DNA from: Candidatus Bathyarchaeota archaeon
GTDB lineage: Archaea > Thermoproteota > Bathyarchaeia > Bathyarchaeales > Bathycorpusculaceae
Direction: 5' to 3'
DNA: 64,000 nucleotides
Assembly: GCA_963827165.1 (NCBI GenBank)
Contig: CAWGZR010000003.1
Coordinates: forward strand, 192,001-256,000
The notes under the pieces are model-generated. The model was not told the origin of the DNA. It searched no databases and saw nothing but the letters and a program-made list of their open reading frames with translations. Below, in pieces: positions 30,779 to 41,015 of the stretch (within the stretch, counting starts at the first letter, position 1; every line of letters starts with the position of its first letter). A program made the position numbers and the translations under genes.

Positions 30779-31129
30779 CTAAACTACGTAAGCTGAGCTG
30801 CCTGTCTTACCGTATGTCAAGTTGTTCTTTAACCAAGCCTCGCTTATCAAGCACCATTTTGAATTTGTTCCTTCGATCTGCAGTATCATTATCAAATCAA
30901 GTTTGTCTAACTTCGCATACTCCAGTAACATGTCGTAAGTTGACTTAGTGATTTCAATATCTAAGTCGTGAGGTGAATTATCGCCGGCTTGTTTGGCATG
31001 AAAAACAGCTTTTATTTTGTCTATACCATCTTGAATTTGAACCTTGACTTCGTTGACATAATATATTTTGTCGTTGTAACTAAGAATGACATTTCGCGCG
31101 TTGTCTGATTTGACTTCAGCATGCTCCAT
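30779..31129 (-). CDS. Hypothetical protein inside the che operon
   Basis: 116-aa soluble ORF (ATG 31129) between cheA and cheW, same strand; no family recognised. Confidence 0.7.
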   Translation of the reverse strand: MEHAEVKSDNARNVILSYNDKIYYVNEVKVQIQDGIDKIKAVFHAKQAGDNSPHDLDIEITKSTYDMLLEYAKLDKLDLIMILQIEGTNSKWCLISEAWLKNNLTYGKTGSSAYVV

Positions 31130-31275
31130 TCTACAATCTCCACGCTGACAATGTCTAGTGAATTTGGATGATAAAGGCAGCATTCTAAAAACTGTAATAT
31201 TACGAATTTTGATATGTCAATAGAATTAACTAATAATTCTGTATGTCATCGATTTGAGGCTTGGGTCTTGTTGGT

Positions 31276-33333
31276 TCAAGATGAGTCTACATTCACTCCT
31301 TTTTTGAAGGCTTTGTTGACAAATTGCCCTACATCTAGAACCAGAACTACTTGTCCGTCGCCAAGGATTGTGGCACCGCTTATGCCTTTGATTCCTGAGC
31401 AAGCGCCATTCAAAGATTTAACCAGTATATCTTGTTGCTGCACTACAGAGTCAACCACTAAGCCTATTTTCGTGTTTTCGTCCGCAAGATACACAATGAG
31501 AAGCTCAAGTTCTGTCTCTTTTGAATCGGGTAACTTCAGAAGCTCGTGCAGATGAACCATCGGGACGACATGGTCTCTGACTATTATGGCGTTTGTCCGG
31601 CCCAGCGACTTGACGTCGCTTCTGTTAACTCTAACGATCTCTGAGACTTGGCTTGTCGGAATGGCGAACGTTTGAGCTGCATCTTTAACCAGGATTGCTT
31701 GGATAATTGCTAAGGTTATTGGAAGTTTAATAGTGGTTCTTGTTCCCTTCCCTATTTGACTTTCAATATGGACTGTGCCCCCCAAAGCGGTGATCTTGGT
31801 TTTGACTACGTCCATGCCTACGCCTCTGCCACTAGTATCAGTAACTTCTCTTGATGTTGAAAGGCCAGGTAAGAAAATTAAGTTAATCAATTGTTCTTTG
31901 CTCATTTTTTCCACCTCAGCTTGGGTTGCAAGACCTTTTTTGAGAGCTGCATCCTTAACGCTTTCAGGGTTTATTCCTGCCCCATCATCTCGCACTTCAA
32001 TGATTACCTGGTTCCCGTTTCTCTGAGCGGAAAGAACAATTTTTCCTGTTTCGTTCTTGCTTGCGTTTATCCTTTTCTCAGGCAATTCTATACCGTGATC
32101 AATGCTGTTCCGCAGAAGATGAATCAACGGCTCGCCAATTTCATCCAGCACTGTTCTATCAATTTCGATATCTCGTCCTTCCATTTCCATGTCGATCTTC
32201 TTGCCTTTCTTTAAGGATAAGTCTCTCACCAGGCGTGGGAACCGGTCAAAGATTTGGCTTACAGGAACCATGCGAACCTGCATAACCAGATCCTGTAAAT
32301 CAGCAGTCAAACGATCGATGTTTTCGGTTATATGCTTTAACGATTCGTTGCTGCTATCTAATGTCATCTGTAGAAGAGCAATTTTATTAATAACTAACTC
32401 GCCTACCCAATTCATCAGCTTGTCTAATTGGTCAAACTTCACTCGAACAGTTTGGGTAGATTGCGAATCCACACAAACTTTAGTTATTTTTTTGTCTTCA
32501 ATTGTCAATACATAGTTGTTCAAAGGCTGAAGTGATGCAGACGCAGGGGTTAAAAAACTGTCTTTAACCAACGGAACTATGGGTTCGAAAGAAGACACAT
32601 CAATCTGTTCTACTTCAAGAACCTGTCTGGCAGAAGCTGCAACCGTTTTCTGATCAAATTTACTAGTTATTGCGATCCTGAAACCTTCACCGAGCTTTTG
32701 CTCATCCAAATCTCCCTTTGAGGGATCGGTCTTAATCACTTTTCCCACCTCAGAAATCTTATCCAAAACCATGCTTGCCCGAATGCTCTTGTACTCACAA
32801 TCTTTGCTGAACTTCAACTTCATTAGAAAACATTGTTCGCCTAAACTCTGCGCGTTTTCTATTGCCTTTTTCTCCCATTCGTCAAGTTCTAACCTTTTGT
32901 TTGCGGGCGGTGATTTTGAGACTTGCTCGTTTTTGGTCTCCGCAGTCTTCTGTAACGATCTCGCGGATTCCAATTTGCGTTTGAGGTCCTCGACTGCAAT
33001 TTCGCCATCGACCTGGTTCTTGATTCGGTCTAGTCTGTCAGTTAAGGCGTCAACACATTCTAGAAGCGCACTGATTAAGTTGCATGACGGAGAATTGCCC
33101 TTTCGCATATCGTCAAATACATCTTCCATTTTATGCGTAAGTTCCTGAAAATCCTTGAACCCCATCATCCCTGATGAACCCTTCAAGGTGTGGGCTGATC
33201 TGAAAAGCATGTTAACAACCTCCTTGTTTTCGGGTTCTTTTTCTAAGATTAGCATTGATTGGGTGATTGTATCTATGTGCTCCTTTGCTTCATCTATGAA
33301 TAGCTGTCTGTATTGATCGGTATCAAGCGCCAA
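31276..33333 (-). CDS. cheA: Chemotaxis histidine kinase CheA
   Basis: Hpt FRSAHTLKG, P2 domain, HLLRNSIDHG, DDGAG, SGRGVGMDVV, C-terminal CheW domain. Confidence 0.97.
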   Translation of the reverse strand: MALDTDQYRQLFIDEAKEHIDTITQSMLILEKEPENKEVVNMLFRSAHTLKGSSGMMGFKDFQELTHKMEDVFDDMRKGNSPSCNLISALLECVDALTDRLDRIKNQVDGEIAVEDLKRKLESARSLQKTAETKNEQVSKSPPANKRLELDEWEKKAIENAQSLGEQCFLMKLKFSKDCEYKSIRASMVLDKISEVGKVIKTDPSKGDLDEQKLGEGFRIAITSKFDQKTVAASARQVLEVEQIDVSSFEPIVPLVKDSFLTPASASLQPLNNYVLTIEDKKITKVCVDSQSTQTVRVKFDQLDKLMNWVGELVINKIALLQMTLDSSNESLKHITENIDRLTADLQDLVMQVRMVPVSQIFDRFPRLVRDLSLKKGKKIDMEMEGRDIEIDRTVLDEIGEPLIHLLRNSIDHGIELPEKRINASKNETGKIVLSAQRNGNQVIIEVRDDGAGINPESVKDAALKKGLATQAEVEKMSKEQLINLIFLPGLSTSREVTDTSGRGVGMDVVKTKITALGGTVHIESQIGKGTRTTIKLPITLAIIQAILVKDAAQTFAIPTSQVSEIVRVNRSDVKSLGRTNAIIVRDHVVPMVHLHELLKLPDSKETELELLIVYLADENTKIGLVVDSVVQQQDILVKSLNGACSGIKGISGATILGDGQVVLVLDVGQFVNKAFKKGVNVDSS

Positions 33334-33500
33334 TTTAATTTTTTCCGCTCCTTAAGGACAAGTTTTTCCTCAGCCAGATTCAAGACATTCTGCGACAGCA
33401 TAGGCTATTTGCTCGAGTGTGTCTTTTCTGGCACAGCCATAATTCTTACTTAGAGCGATTTGGCAAAACAAAAATCGTTTGCCATGCTTCGCTTTGCCAG

Positions 33501-34337
33501 TTATCTTTGAGGTTTCTGATAAACCCTTGCCAAAAGGTCTATTTGCCGAAACTTCGTGCTTGGTTCGCCCGTTAAGATTTCAGATTTTCCCGTGACGAGG
33601 TATCCGCCGTCTTTAAGTGAATCGTAGAAGTTCATGTGAATTTTCTGTTGGCTTTCTTTTGAAAAGTAAATCATCACATTTCTGCAGAGGACTAGGTCAA
33701 GGCAATGGTGCAAAGATGGCGTATTCAAATCTACATGTTCAAAACGAATGATTCGTTTGACAAAATCATTTACTTTGCAGCTTTCTCCATTCTTAGTGAA
33801 GAACTTTTTAATTGAAAATTCGTCGAGAAAACTCAGTTGTTTCTGAAGGTATACTCCCTCTTCAGCTTTAGCTAAAGCGTCTTTATCAAAATCTGAAGCG
33901 TATATGGTTACGGGATGGCTTTCTATCTTTTGGCCAAGTATTTTATGTACCAAAATGGCTAAGGAATAAGGCTCTTCTCCGGTTGCGCATCCGGCGCTCC
34001 AAATTCGAACATGATTTGAAGATAGCAGTATTTTGGGAAGCAATGTTTTTTGGAGGTAAGTGTAAACGTCTACGTCTCGAAAAAACGTCGTGAAGTTAAT
34101 GGTTAAGTCGTTAAGGAGGTCCTTGTATTCTTCGGGATTCTTCCTTAAGTAAACAACGTATTTACCATATTTATCGGATTCAGTAACCCTAAGCCTAATT
34201 TTAAAACGCCGATGGAGATATTCGTCCCTGTAGCCAGAACAGTCTAAGCCGGAATTTTCATGGATCATTTTTTTGACTCTTTCGAAAGCCATTCTTTCCA
34301 TGAAATCGCCAGTGGATTCGGTCTTAGCCTGCAACAT
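33501..34337 (-). CDS. cheR: Chemotaxis methyltransferase CheR
   Basis: TINFTTFFRD, WSAGCATGEEPYS, CRNVMIYF. Confidence 0.96.
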   Translation of the reverse strand: MLQAKTESTGDFMERMAFERVKKMIHENSGLDCSGYRDEYLHRRFKIRLRVTESDKYGKYVVYLRKNPEEYKDLLNDLTINFTTFFRDVDVYTYLQKTLLPKILLSSNHVRIWSAGCATGEEPYSLAILVHKILGQKIESHPVTIYASDFDKDALAKAEEGVYLQKQLSFLDEFSIKKFFTKNGESCKVNDFVKRIIRFEHVDLNTPSLHHCLDLVLCRNVMIYFSKESQQKIHMNFYDSLKDGGYLVTGKSEILTGEPSTKFRQIDLLARVYQKPQR

Positions 34338-34382
34338 TAATCAACTTCCAATTAGCTCCCTCAATGTTCCTCAATATTTGAC

Positions 34383-35045
34383 TCATTTAAGTAGACTCAT
34401 AGATTTTTGATTAAGAATGTTTTTCATTTCTTGACTTGGAAAAATGATCAATATGCATTTGGCGTTCTCGTTTTGTCTTTTGAACCTTGTATCAAAAATC
34501 AAAGCATTCTGGGAAAGCATTGATTGTTTTATCAGAAAGAAATCGATGACTGTATTGAAAGTATCTACTGTGCTTTGGGGCGTCGTTGGAAAAAGACCAA
34601 CTTGAATGAAATCCGATATTGCTGTCAAGAAAGCGCCTATCAGAATGTTAGCGAGTTCACAGATGGCAGACGTCTCTATTTCTGGAGTTAATTCTTCAAT
34701 TGAAGCAGCAAAAGTCATCATAGCAGCAATTTTCTTCGCTTCACTTAATTCGAAAGCTAAAAGAAGGTCGCATCCGTACTTTTCGGAAAGTTGCATGTAA
34801 ACCGCTTCTATAGGCATATCGTGCATATCGAAAAACTGCGGAATCAAATGCGGCTGAATGTTTCGTATTTTTGGAACCTCGATGGTTATCTGTTGTTGAA
34901 GAATTTCCGACAGCGCAGTTGCTGCATGGCCAGCTCCGATACTTCCAAGCTCCAAGAGAATGCCTAAATCTAATTCAGGTTTATCTGAAGACGCGGAGGT
35001 ATCTGAGTAATCTTTCGTTTGTGTGATTCTGATTTGTTGGTTCAT
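34383..35045 (-). CDS. cheC: Chemotaxis phosphatase CheC
   Basis: ELGSIGAGHAATALS and SAICELANI motifs. Confidence 0.9.
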   Translation of the reverse strand: MNQQIRITQTKDYSDTSASSDKPELDLGILLELGSIGAGHAATALSEILQQQITIEVPKIRNIQPHLIPQFFDMHDMPIEAVYMQLSEKYGCDLLLAFELSEAKKIAAMMTFAASIEELTPEIETSAICELANILIGAFLTAISDFIQVGLFPTTPQSTVDTFNTVIDFFLIKQSMLSQNALIFDTRFKRQNENAKCILIIFPSQEMKNILNQKSMSLLK

Positions 35046-35668
35046 AGCTTTCTAGTTTCCCCATTAAAACACTTTATAGTTACTACGCCTGATCTAACGT
35101 CGAAACTTATCCTCCGACCATGTGAGCCGCCAACATCCTCGCCTCTAAGTCGTACATTATATTTTGAAAGCACCGTCTTTACTGCTCTTACATTTTTGCC
35201 GCCTATATCTAAATATTCGGAATTTAGATTAGCAAACATATTTGCCCCGCCGGCTATTTTAGCAAAAAGGCACGATTCTTTCTCGTTCTTTTTCCGTATG
35301 CCATTTACCAGCGCGGGAATCGCTGTATCAGCATATTTTGATGGAAGAGGTTCGTTTGCCATGTCTCCAGAATATGGAAGCATTACGTGAGCTAACCCCC
35401 CACATTTATGCAGCGGATCATGTACACAAATTGCTACGCATGACCCGACGCTTGTTAATAGCTCAACGGATCCGCTTTCCACTTTCATGTCTGCCATGTC
35501 GACTCGAACCTCTTCCACCTTTGGCGCTGTGTTAGCTTCAATCGTTATGCATGATGCTGGTTCCAACTGCTCATAGGCAAATGCGGGTTTATTTCTGTTA
35601 GGAACGTTAATTGTTAATTTATTGTTACAGCAGCCTTCGAGGGATGAAACCATCCGGGGTAGCCTCAA
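35042..35668 (-). CDS. cheD: Chemoreceptor glutamine deamidase CheD
   Basis: VGSCVA, GGLAHVMLP, KYAD, KIAGGANMF, EDVGG..GR; true start probably downstream of the ORF start. Confidence 0.93.
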   Translation of the reverse strand: MRLPRMVSSLEGCCNNKLTINVPNRNKPAFAYEQLEPASCITIEANTAPKVEEVRVDMADMKVESGSVELLTSVGSCVAICVHDPLHKCGGLAHVMLPYSGDMANEPLPSKYADTAIPALVNGIRKKNEKESCLFAKIAGGANMFANLNSEYLDIGGKNVRAVKTVLSKYNVRLRGEDVGGSHGRRISFDVRSGVVTIKCFNGETRKL

Positions 35669-36033
35669 CAGTACCTTGAAAGTGCTTCTATTACTTTTTG
35701 AGGTTGAAAGGGTTTTATTACGAAGTCCTTTGCGCCCGACTTAATCGCTTCGACTATTAGGGATTGCTGACCCATTGAACTGCACATAACTACCTTGGCT
35801 GATGGATCCGCAGCGACGATCTGTTTGAGTGCTTCTATACCGTCTTTTGCTTTTGGGCCAGGAGGCATGATAATATCCATTAGAACCAAGTCTGGTTTTG
35901 ACTCTTGATATCGGATTATAGCTTCGTCACCTGATCCGGCTTCGGCGATAACTTCATGACCTGCTTGTAGCACTATTTTTTTGAGAACTGCCCTCATGAA
36001 AGAAGCATCGTCTACTATCATTATTGTGCCCAT
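35665..36033 (-). CDS. cheY: Chemotaxis response regulator CheY
   Basis: Single REC domain: VDD, MDIIMP, CSS, AKDFVIKPF. Confidence 0.95.
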   Translation of the reverse strand: MGTIMIVDDASFMRAVLKKIVLQAGHEVIAEAGSGDEAIIRYQESKPDLVLMDIIMPPGPKAKDGIEALKQIVAADPSAKVVMCSSMGQQSLIVEAIKSGAKDFVIKPFQPQKVIEALSRYC

Positions 36034-36281
36034 TATGTTCGCCCTTGATGTATCTTAAGACTCAAGACAATTATATAAAAGGATTACGTAGTAAAACACT
36101 TCATTGTCAACCAATATATCACATACTTAGCGTTAATCGCTGTTTTAGCCATACCCGTAAGAGAAAAATGATACACTCTTAAAACATGGAGTCTGAATTC
36201 AGATTTCTAAGTCGTAATTATATTATATATAAATGATCAGTATTGGGGGTAGCAATACGGAAAAGGAGAACCCCCAAACAA

Positions 36282-37166
36282 ATGACACTTGCATTGGAAA
36301 AACAGGTATTAACAAGAGTTTATGATAAAGAAAAGGAAACCTTCAGGCTGATAAAGAAAGACCAAACATACAACGACCATCTGTCAACAATCGAAGAAAC
36401 ACTTTCGCGGTTTGGTCTGTTAAAAAACGAGATCAAAGTTTACATGTATCTTGCTAGAGCCGGTGAAATGAAGGCAGGCGAGATAGCAGAAGCAATTTCA
36501 CTTCATAGGACAGAAACCTACAGGATCCTGAGAGACTTAGAGAAGAGAGGTGTCGTGTTTTCTATTTTTGAGAAACCACTAAAATTCACAGCTGTTCCGC
36601 TTGAAAAAGCTATCGATTTGCTGGTGGATGCGCAAAAAATCAAGATCAAGCTGTTGGAGCAAGAAAAAGAAAGCGTAGTAAAGCTTTGGCAGTCAATGCC
36701 TCAACCGAAAGTCGCGACCGCAAAAAAAGAGCTCTTTCAAATGCTCGAGGGCGAACAACAGGTGCTTATGAAGGCGGATGAATTGCTTGGAAGATGCGAA
36801 AAAGAATTCCAGGTCTTCGCCGCGGGGGATTACCTTGCACAGCTGTATTACAGTGATTTCTCAGATAAGCTGAAGATTTACGCGGATAAAGTTAAAGTTA
36901 CGTTAGTCAGTGACACTTCGATTAAAAGTGCGTATTTCCTAGGTCAATTGAAATGGCTTAGCGATTCAGAGCGGATCGCCGATGACCAAAACCTGCCCTG
37001 CTTCATGATATGTGACAATAAAGAAGTCTTGATCGTATTTCACGAAAAAGAAAGAACCAATGATGAAGAATCAAAGAAAAAAGATAAGACTGCAGCAATA
37101 TGGACAAACTACGGGGCATTCATCAATGTTCTCGGAATGCTATTCTCAAAACTATCAGAAGCATGA
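36282..37166 (+). CDS. TrmB-family HTH transcriptional regulator
   Basis: FGL..NEIKVY..L...GEIA.....HRTETYRILRDLEKRG...KPLKF.AVP; divergent from cheY. Confidence 0.85.
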   Translation: MTLALEKQVLTRVYDKEKETFRLIKKDQTYNDHLSTIEETLSRFGLLKNEIKVYMYLARAGEMKAGEIAEAISLHRTETYRILRDLEKRGVVFSIFEKPLKFTAVPLEKAIDLLVDAQKIKIKLLEQEKESVVKLWQSMPQPKVATAKKELFQMLEGEQQVLMKADELLGRCEKEFQVFAAGDYLAQLYYSDFSDKLKIYADKVKVTLVSDTSIKSAYFLGQLKWLSDSERIADDQNLPCFMICDNKEVLIVFHEKERTNDEESKKKDKTAAIWTNYGAFINVLGMLFSKLSEA

Positions 37167-37275
37167 ACGATTCAGTGATATCTGAGACCCTATTTCTTTT
37201 CTTTATCGATTAATTGAACGATGCAGTCAACCATTTGAAGGTTGAACATGATAAAAAATCAGACCTTTCAAAGGC

Positions 37276-38250
37276 TTACGCAGTTATTTCCTGACAGTCA
37301 ACAGTTTCTACCCATCTTTTTCCTGCATCCGTTAACTGTTTGCGGAACTCTGGAGTTGGAATCATAAGCAAGTACCCGTTTGCAGAACTTTCGTTTCTGT
37401 TGAATTGCATTTTGAAAATCAAGGCAGATTTCGCCAGAATCAGTTGTCTAGCCAAAAAAACATCGATTATAGCTTCGAAGTAATCGCTGAAAACGTTAGG
37501 CCTCGAAGGAACAATCGTTAATTCGGCAAAATTTGCAATAGAACTGTAAAAGGCACAAAGCATTATGGAGCCCATTTCCTGAACGGCTGACATGGCGATG
37601 TCCTGACTCACGGGTGTTGATTCACTTGTCATTAGGGACGCAATCTTCTTTACCTCTTCAGAATCAAAGACGATTAAAGTGTCGCAACCGGGTTCCGTCG
37701 CTAAAGCCATGTGAACTGCTGTCACCTGACTGTCGGGTGCGCCGATGAGTCTGGCAATTAGATGTAGCGGCCCAGTTTCAAGTTTTGGAACGCTTATTTG
37801 AATGGGTTGTTTGGTCAACTTTGATAGAACCGTTGCGGCATGCCCAGCGCCTATGTTTCCAATCTCGGTGAGCACTCGCAGATCGGTACAGAGCGCTAGC
37901 GATTCTAAGAGTTTCTCTGGTTCAAAGGGCTTGACTACGAAGGCTTTTGCGCCGGCTTTCATCGCTTCATTGATCAAGCTGTTTTCATCTAACGCGCTGC
38001 AAATGATTACTTTGGCTTGTGGATCCTCTTTCATTATTTTTTTCAAGGCATCAAGGCCAGTTTTTGCGATTTTTCCTTCGTTCATCACGATGTCTAAAAG
38101 CAGAATCTCGGGTTTAAGCTGCAGATACTTTTCAATAGCCTCGTCTCCGTTGGATGCCTCTCCAATTACGTCGTAACCCGATTCTTCAAGAATTCTTTTC
38201 AGAAGAGTTCGCATATACGTATTATCGTCTGCTAAGAGGATGGATGTCAT
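37276..38250 (-). CDS. REC-CheC fusion protein
   Basis: N-terminal CheY-like REC (ADD, LDIVM, KPF) fused to CheC (EIGNIGAGHAAT). Confidence 0.9.
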   Translation of the reverse strand: MTSILLADDNTYMRTLLKRILEESGYDVIGEASNGDEAIEKYLQLKPEILLLDIVMNEGKIAKTGLDALKKIMKEDPQAKVIICSALDENSLINEAMKAGAKAFVVKPFEPEKLLESLALCTDLRVLTEIGNIGAGHAATVLSKLTKQPIQISVPKLETGPLHLIARLIGAPDSQVTAVHMALATEPGCDTLIVFDSEEVKKIASLMTSESTPVSQDIAMSAVQEMGSIMLCAFYSSIANFAELTIVPSRPNVFSDYFEAIIDVFLARQLILAKSALIFKMQFNRNESSANGYLLMIPTPEFRKQLTDAGKRWVETVDCQEITA

Positions 38251-38364
38251 CGGTTCGATTCATCTCTAATGAAAACATCAAACTGACTTTACCTATTTAC
38301 TCCTTACGAATCTTGAAACTACATACTAATTATGAATTGAAAATGAATTTTTATTGATAAAAAT

Positions 38365-39774
38365 TCAGCAGATTGATGGTTTTGAAAAGCGCGCCGTTTC
38401 GGATTTTGTTTCGCGCAGTTTCAAGCCGGGGCGAACCAAAAGGAGTATTAGCAAAATTGCAAGCAAAGCATCGCACGCTATGGCACCGTAGAGGAGTAAC
38501 TGCAAACTCGAAGAGTCGCTGCTATCTTTGGGGTAATTGATGTTGACAACGTAGAACATGTATCGCGCCCTACCGATCAAGGAGGGTTGACCAGGAGGAT
38601 CGGTCCATCCTACAATAACGCACTGGTTCTTGCTAGTTGGGATTACGCTGTAGGCTTCCTGATAGCCAGTGTCCCCTTGCGTGCAACTCCAAATAACATT
38701 GCCTGAATCACTAATTTTGAATAGCCAAAAGTCTCGGTTCCCTGCGCCGAAGGAAAAAGTGAAGCCTCCGACTAAATAGCCACCGTCACCCGAAGGAGTA
38801 ATGCATGATGGCGAATCTGCATTCTTGCCGCCAACCGTCTTTGTCCACAGCAAGGTTCCATTGAAATTAACTTTTATCACCCAAGCGTGCATGTTGCCAT
38901 CGGGGGCTTGAGTGTTCCCAACCATCACATATCCATCTGACGCTTCTGTAATGGCTGTCGCTTCTTGGCTTCCTTTCTCGCCATACGTTTGATTCCAAAC
39001 TACATTTCCTTCAGGATCGATTTTCATCAATAAGAAACTGAAGTCACTTGGTCCACGAGGATCCGCATAGCCACATACCACATAATTGCCATCAGATGCT
39101 TGAACCCCTGCTTTCGCGACGGAATCGGATGTAGGGCTGTAGGTTTTATTCCAAAGGATATTGCCGTTAGTATCGATTTTGACTATCCAAGCTTGAGATT
39201 GCGCGCCTCCATTTTGTGAGCTCAATCCTAAAAGTATAAAACCGTCTGAGGAGGCGAAAGCGGAGTAGAACTCGTCTGTTCCGTTACCACCGATTATTTT
39301 ATTCCAGATCAAGTCTCCTTGTTCATCAATTTTTGCTACAAATCCATTCATATCTCCAGAAGACAAAAATTCGTTGCCTACAAGTAAGAAGCCATTGGTT
39401 AAGTTGAGCACGGACCTAATTTCTGTGCCTGACCCTACAAGGAAGGTTTTGTTCCAAACTGCGTTGCCTTCTTGGTCAAGCATTAAGGCCCAGCCTACGG
39501 TTACATCTGTTTGGTTTGATTCTGACGAACCGACAACGAGGTAGCCACCACCGGCTGGCAGGGCGCAGTATGCTCGGTCATCGTCTCCCAATGTGCCGTA
39601 GGTTTTTGTCCAAATCACGTTTGCGGGCAAAACGCTGACTGATGTGCCAGTGATCTTTGGTAAAGAATCACTCTCGGCTGCGGCCGTGGTCACGGTAAGA
39701 ATAATTGAAACGATGAATAGTGCGAGTAAAATTTTAGTTGCACTTGGTCGATGCATGCGACGTTTCCTCTCCAT
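38365..39774 (-). CDS. Secreted, membrane-anchored beta-propeller repeat protein
   Basis: Signal peptide; repeated (K/M)ID..GN..WN(K/Q)TYG units; C-terminal TM. Confidence 0.85.
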   Translation of the reverse strand: MERKRRMHRPSATKILLALFIVSIILTVTTAAAESDSLPKITGTSVSVLPANVIWTKTYGTLGDDDRAYCALPAGGGYLVVGSSESNQTDVTVGWALMLDQEGNAVWNKTFLVGSGTEIRSVLNLTNGFLLVGNEFLSSGDMNGFVAKIDEQGDLIWNKIIGGNGTDEFYSAFASSDGFILLGLSSQNGGAQSQAWIVKIDTNGNILWNKTYSPTSDSVAKAGVQASDGNYVVCGYADPRGPSDFSFLLMKIDPEGNVVWNQTYGEKGSQEATAITEASDGYVMVGNTQAPDGNMHAWVIKVNFNGTLLWTKTVGGKNADSPSCITPSGDGGYLVGGFTFSFGAGNRDFWLFKISDSGNVIWSCTQGDTGYQEAYSVIPTSKNQCVIVGWTDPPGQPSLIGRARYMFYVVNINYPKDSSDSSSLQLLLYGAIACDALLAILLILLLVRPGLKLRETKSETARFSKPSIC

Positions 39775-39831
39775 GAGTTAATCGATACAGAGCATTTTGA
39801 CTCTTTAGATTTAACATTTTTCCATCTACCC

Positions 39832-40590
39832 TCATTCAGTGCATGTTACATTTGCCGCGACAACTATCCCTCGTTGATCCTGACAGACAGCTGACACATG
39901 AAGAGGGAAAAATAATTGATCTGTTTCAGAATTAAATGACACTGAATATGTTCCGCTCCCGAAATCATTGACGATTGGCGAATTCACTTTTGTCCATGTT
40001 TCGGCTGCGTTTTCGTAGTAAAAAGAAAGGTTTTGGGCTAAAGCGGGCGAGCCTTCATTTTGCATTTTGACGGTCAAGTTCACTTGCGTCGAGTTTTCCA
40101 GTTGAAGGGAGCTTCCACTCAGATTCAATTCTGATGTTACGTTAACTACATATTCGGATGTGGACGTTGAGGTAGTCGCAGTTGACTCAATTTCTACAAG
40201 AATACATGCACTCGATATCCCTTCCCCGTTTGCACCCCATGAAATGCACATGCCGTTCTGATATGGAGCATCGGTTGAGAGAATGAAATTTGTTTGAAGT
40301 ATAGACTGGTATGAATTGGAAGCGATTTCGGATTTTAGTTCGTCCAAGTCTGTTGTCAACGCGTTGGGGCTGCCGCCGTTGGTCACGTTTGCTAAAGCAC
40401 TGATCAGGGTGTTTCTTGCGGCTTGCTGGTAGGTTGAGAAAATGCTGGTTGTGTCGGTGGCATCTGTTGGAACATCTTTTTCGGTTTCAATAATAAAGAT
40501 GGCTGTTGAAAGCAGAACCAATGCCACCATTAAGGCGGTTATTACAATAACTTGACCCGAGTTGCTGCGTCTGAAATTGCGGCTTTTCAC
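39832..40590 (-). CDS. Minor pilin-like protein (class III signal peptide)
   Basis: RRSNSG|QVIVITALMVALVLL. Confidence 0.75.
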   Translation of the reverse strand: MKSRNFRRSNSGQVIVITALMVALVLLSTAIFIIETEKDVPTDATDTTSIFSTYQQAARNTLISALANVTNGGSPNALTTDLDELKSEIASNSYQSILQTNFILSTDAPYQNGMCISWGANGEGISSACILVEIESTATTSTSTSEYVVNVTSELNLSGSSLQLENSTQVNLTVKMQNEGSPALAQNLSFYYENAAETWTKVNSPIVNDFGSGTYSVSFNSETDQLFFPLHVSAVCQDQRGIVVAANVTCTE

Positions 40591-41015
40591 GGAGACCCAA
40601 CCTGTGATAGCTGCAATTGAAGAATGTAGATTGAATAGGTACTACTTTCGCTGGCGCAGACGTAGTCAACTGAGACAATTTTGTCATTGACGTACCCCCC
40701 GTTTGAGATAGGAAATATGTTCAGCGGCTTCATATTTTTGTCAAAGACTGTCAGATTGAACCAGGTCGTTAGAGGAAGGGCGGAACCAATAGAGTTTTCG
40801 AGGGCATTCCAGTCACGGTCATCAATTAAAGTCCCCAGATGCCCGTTGCTGTCTAAACTTTGCAGAACATTTTGGGCGGTTGAAACAAGGTTCTCCTTGG
40901 AATCTTGAAAAGTGGGTTGGGCAGGAATAACTGCGAGGCAGGAAACTAACAATACAGATGCCAAAAAAGCTTCTATTACTCGAACCACTCCTCTTTTATC
41001 GTCCATCAGCCTCAA
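40587..41015 (-). CDS. Minor pilin-like protein (class III signal peptide)
   Basis: DKRG|VVRVIEAFLASVLL. Confidence 0.78.
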   Translation of the reverse strand: MRLMDDKRGVVRVIEAFLASVLLVSCLAVIPAQPTFQDSKENLVSTAQNVLQSLDSNGHLGTLIDDRDWNALENSIGSALPLTTWFNLTVFDKNMKPLNIFPISNGGYVNDKIVSVDYVCASESSTYSIYILQLQLSQVGSP

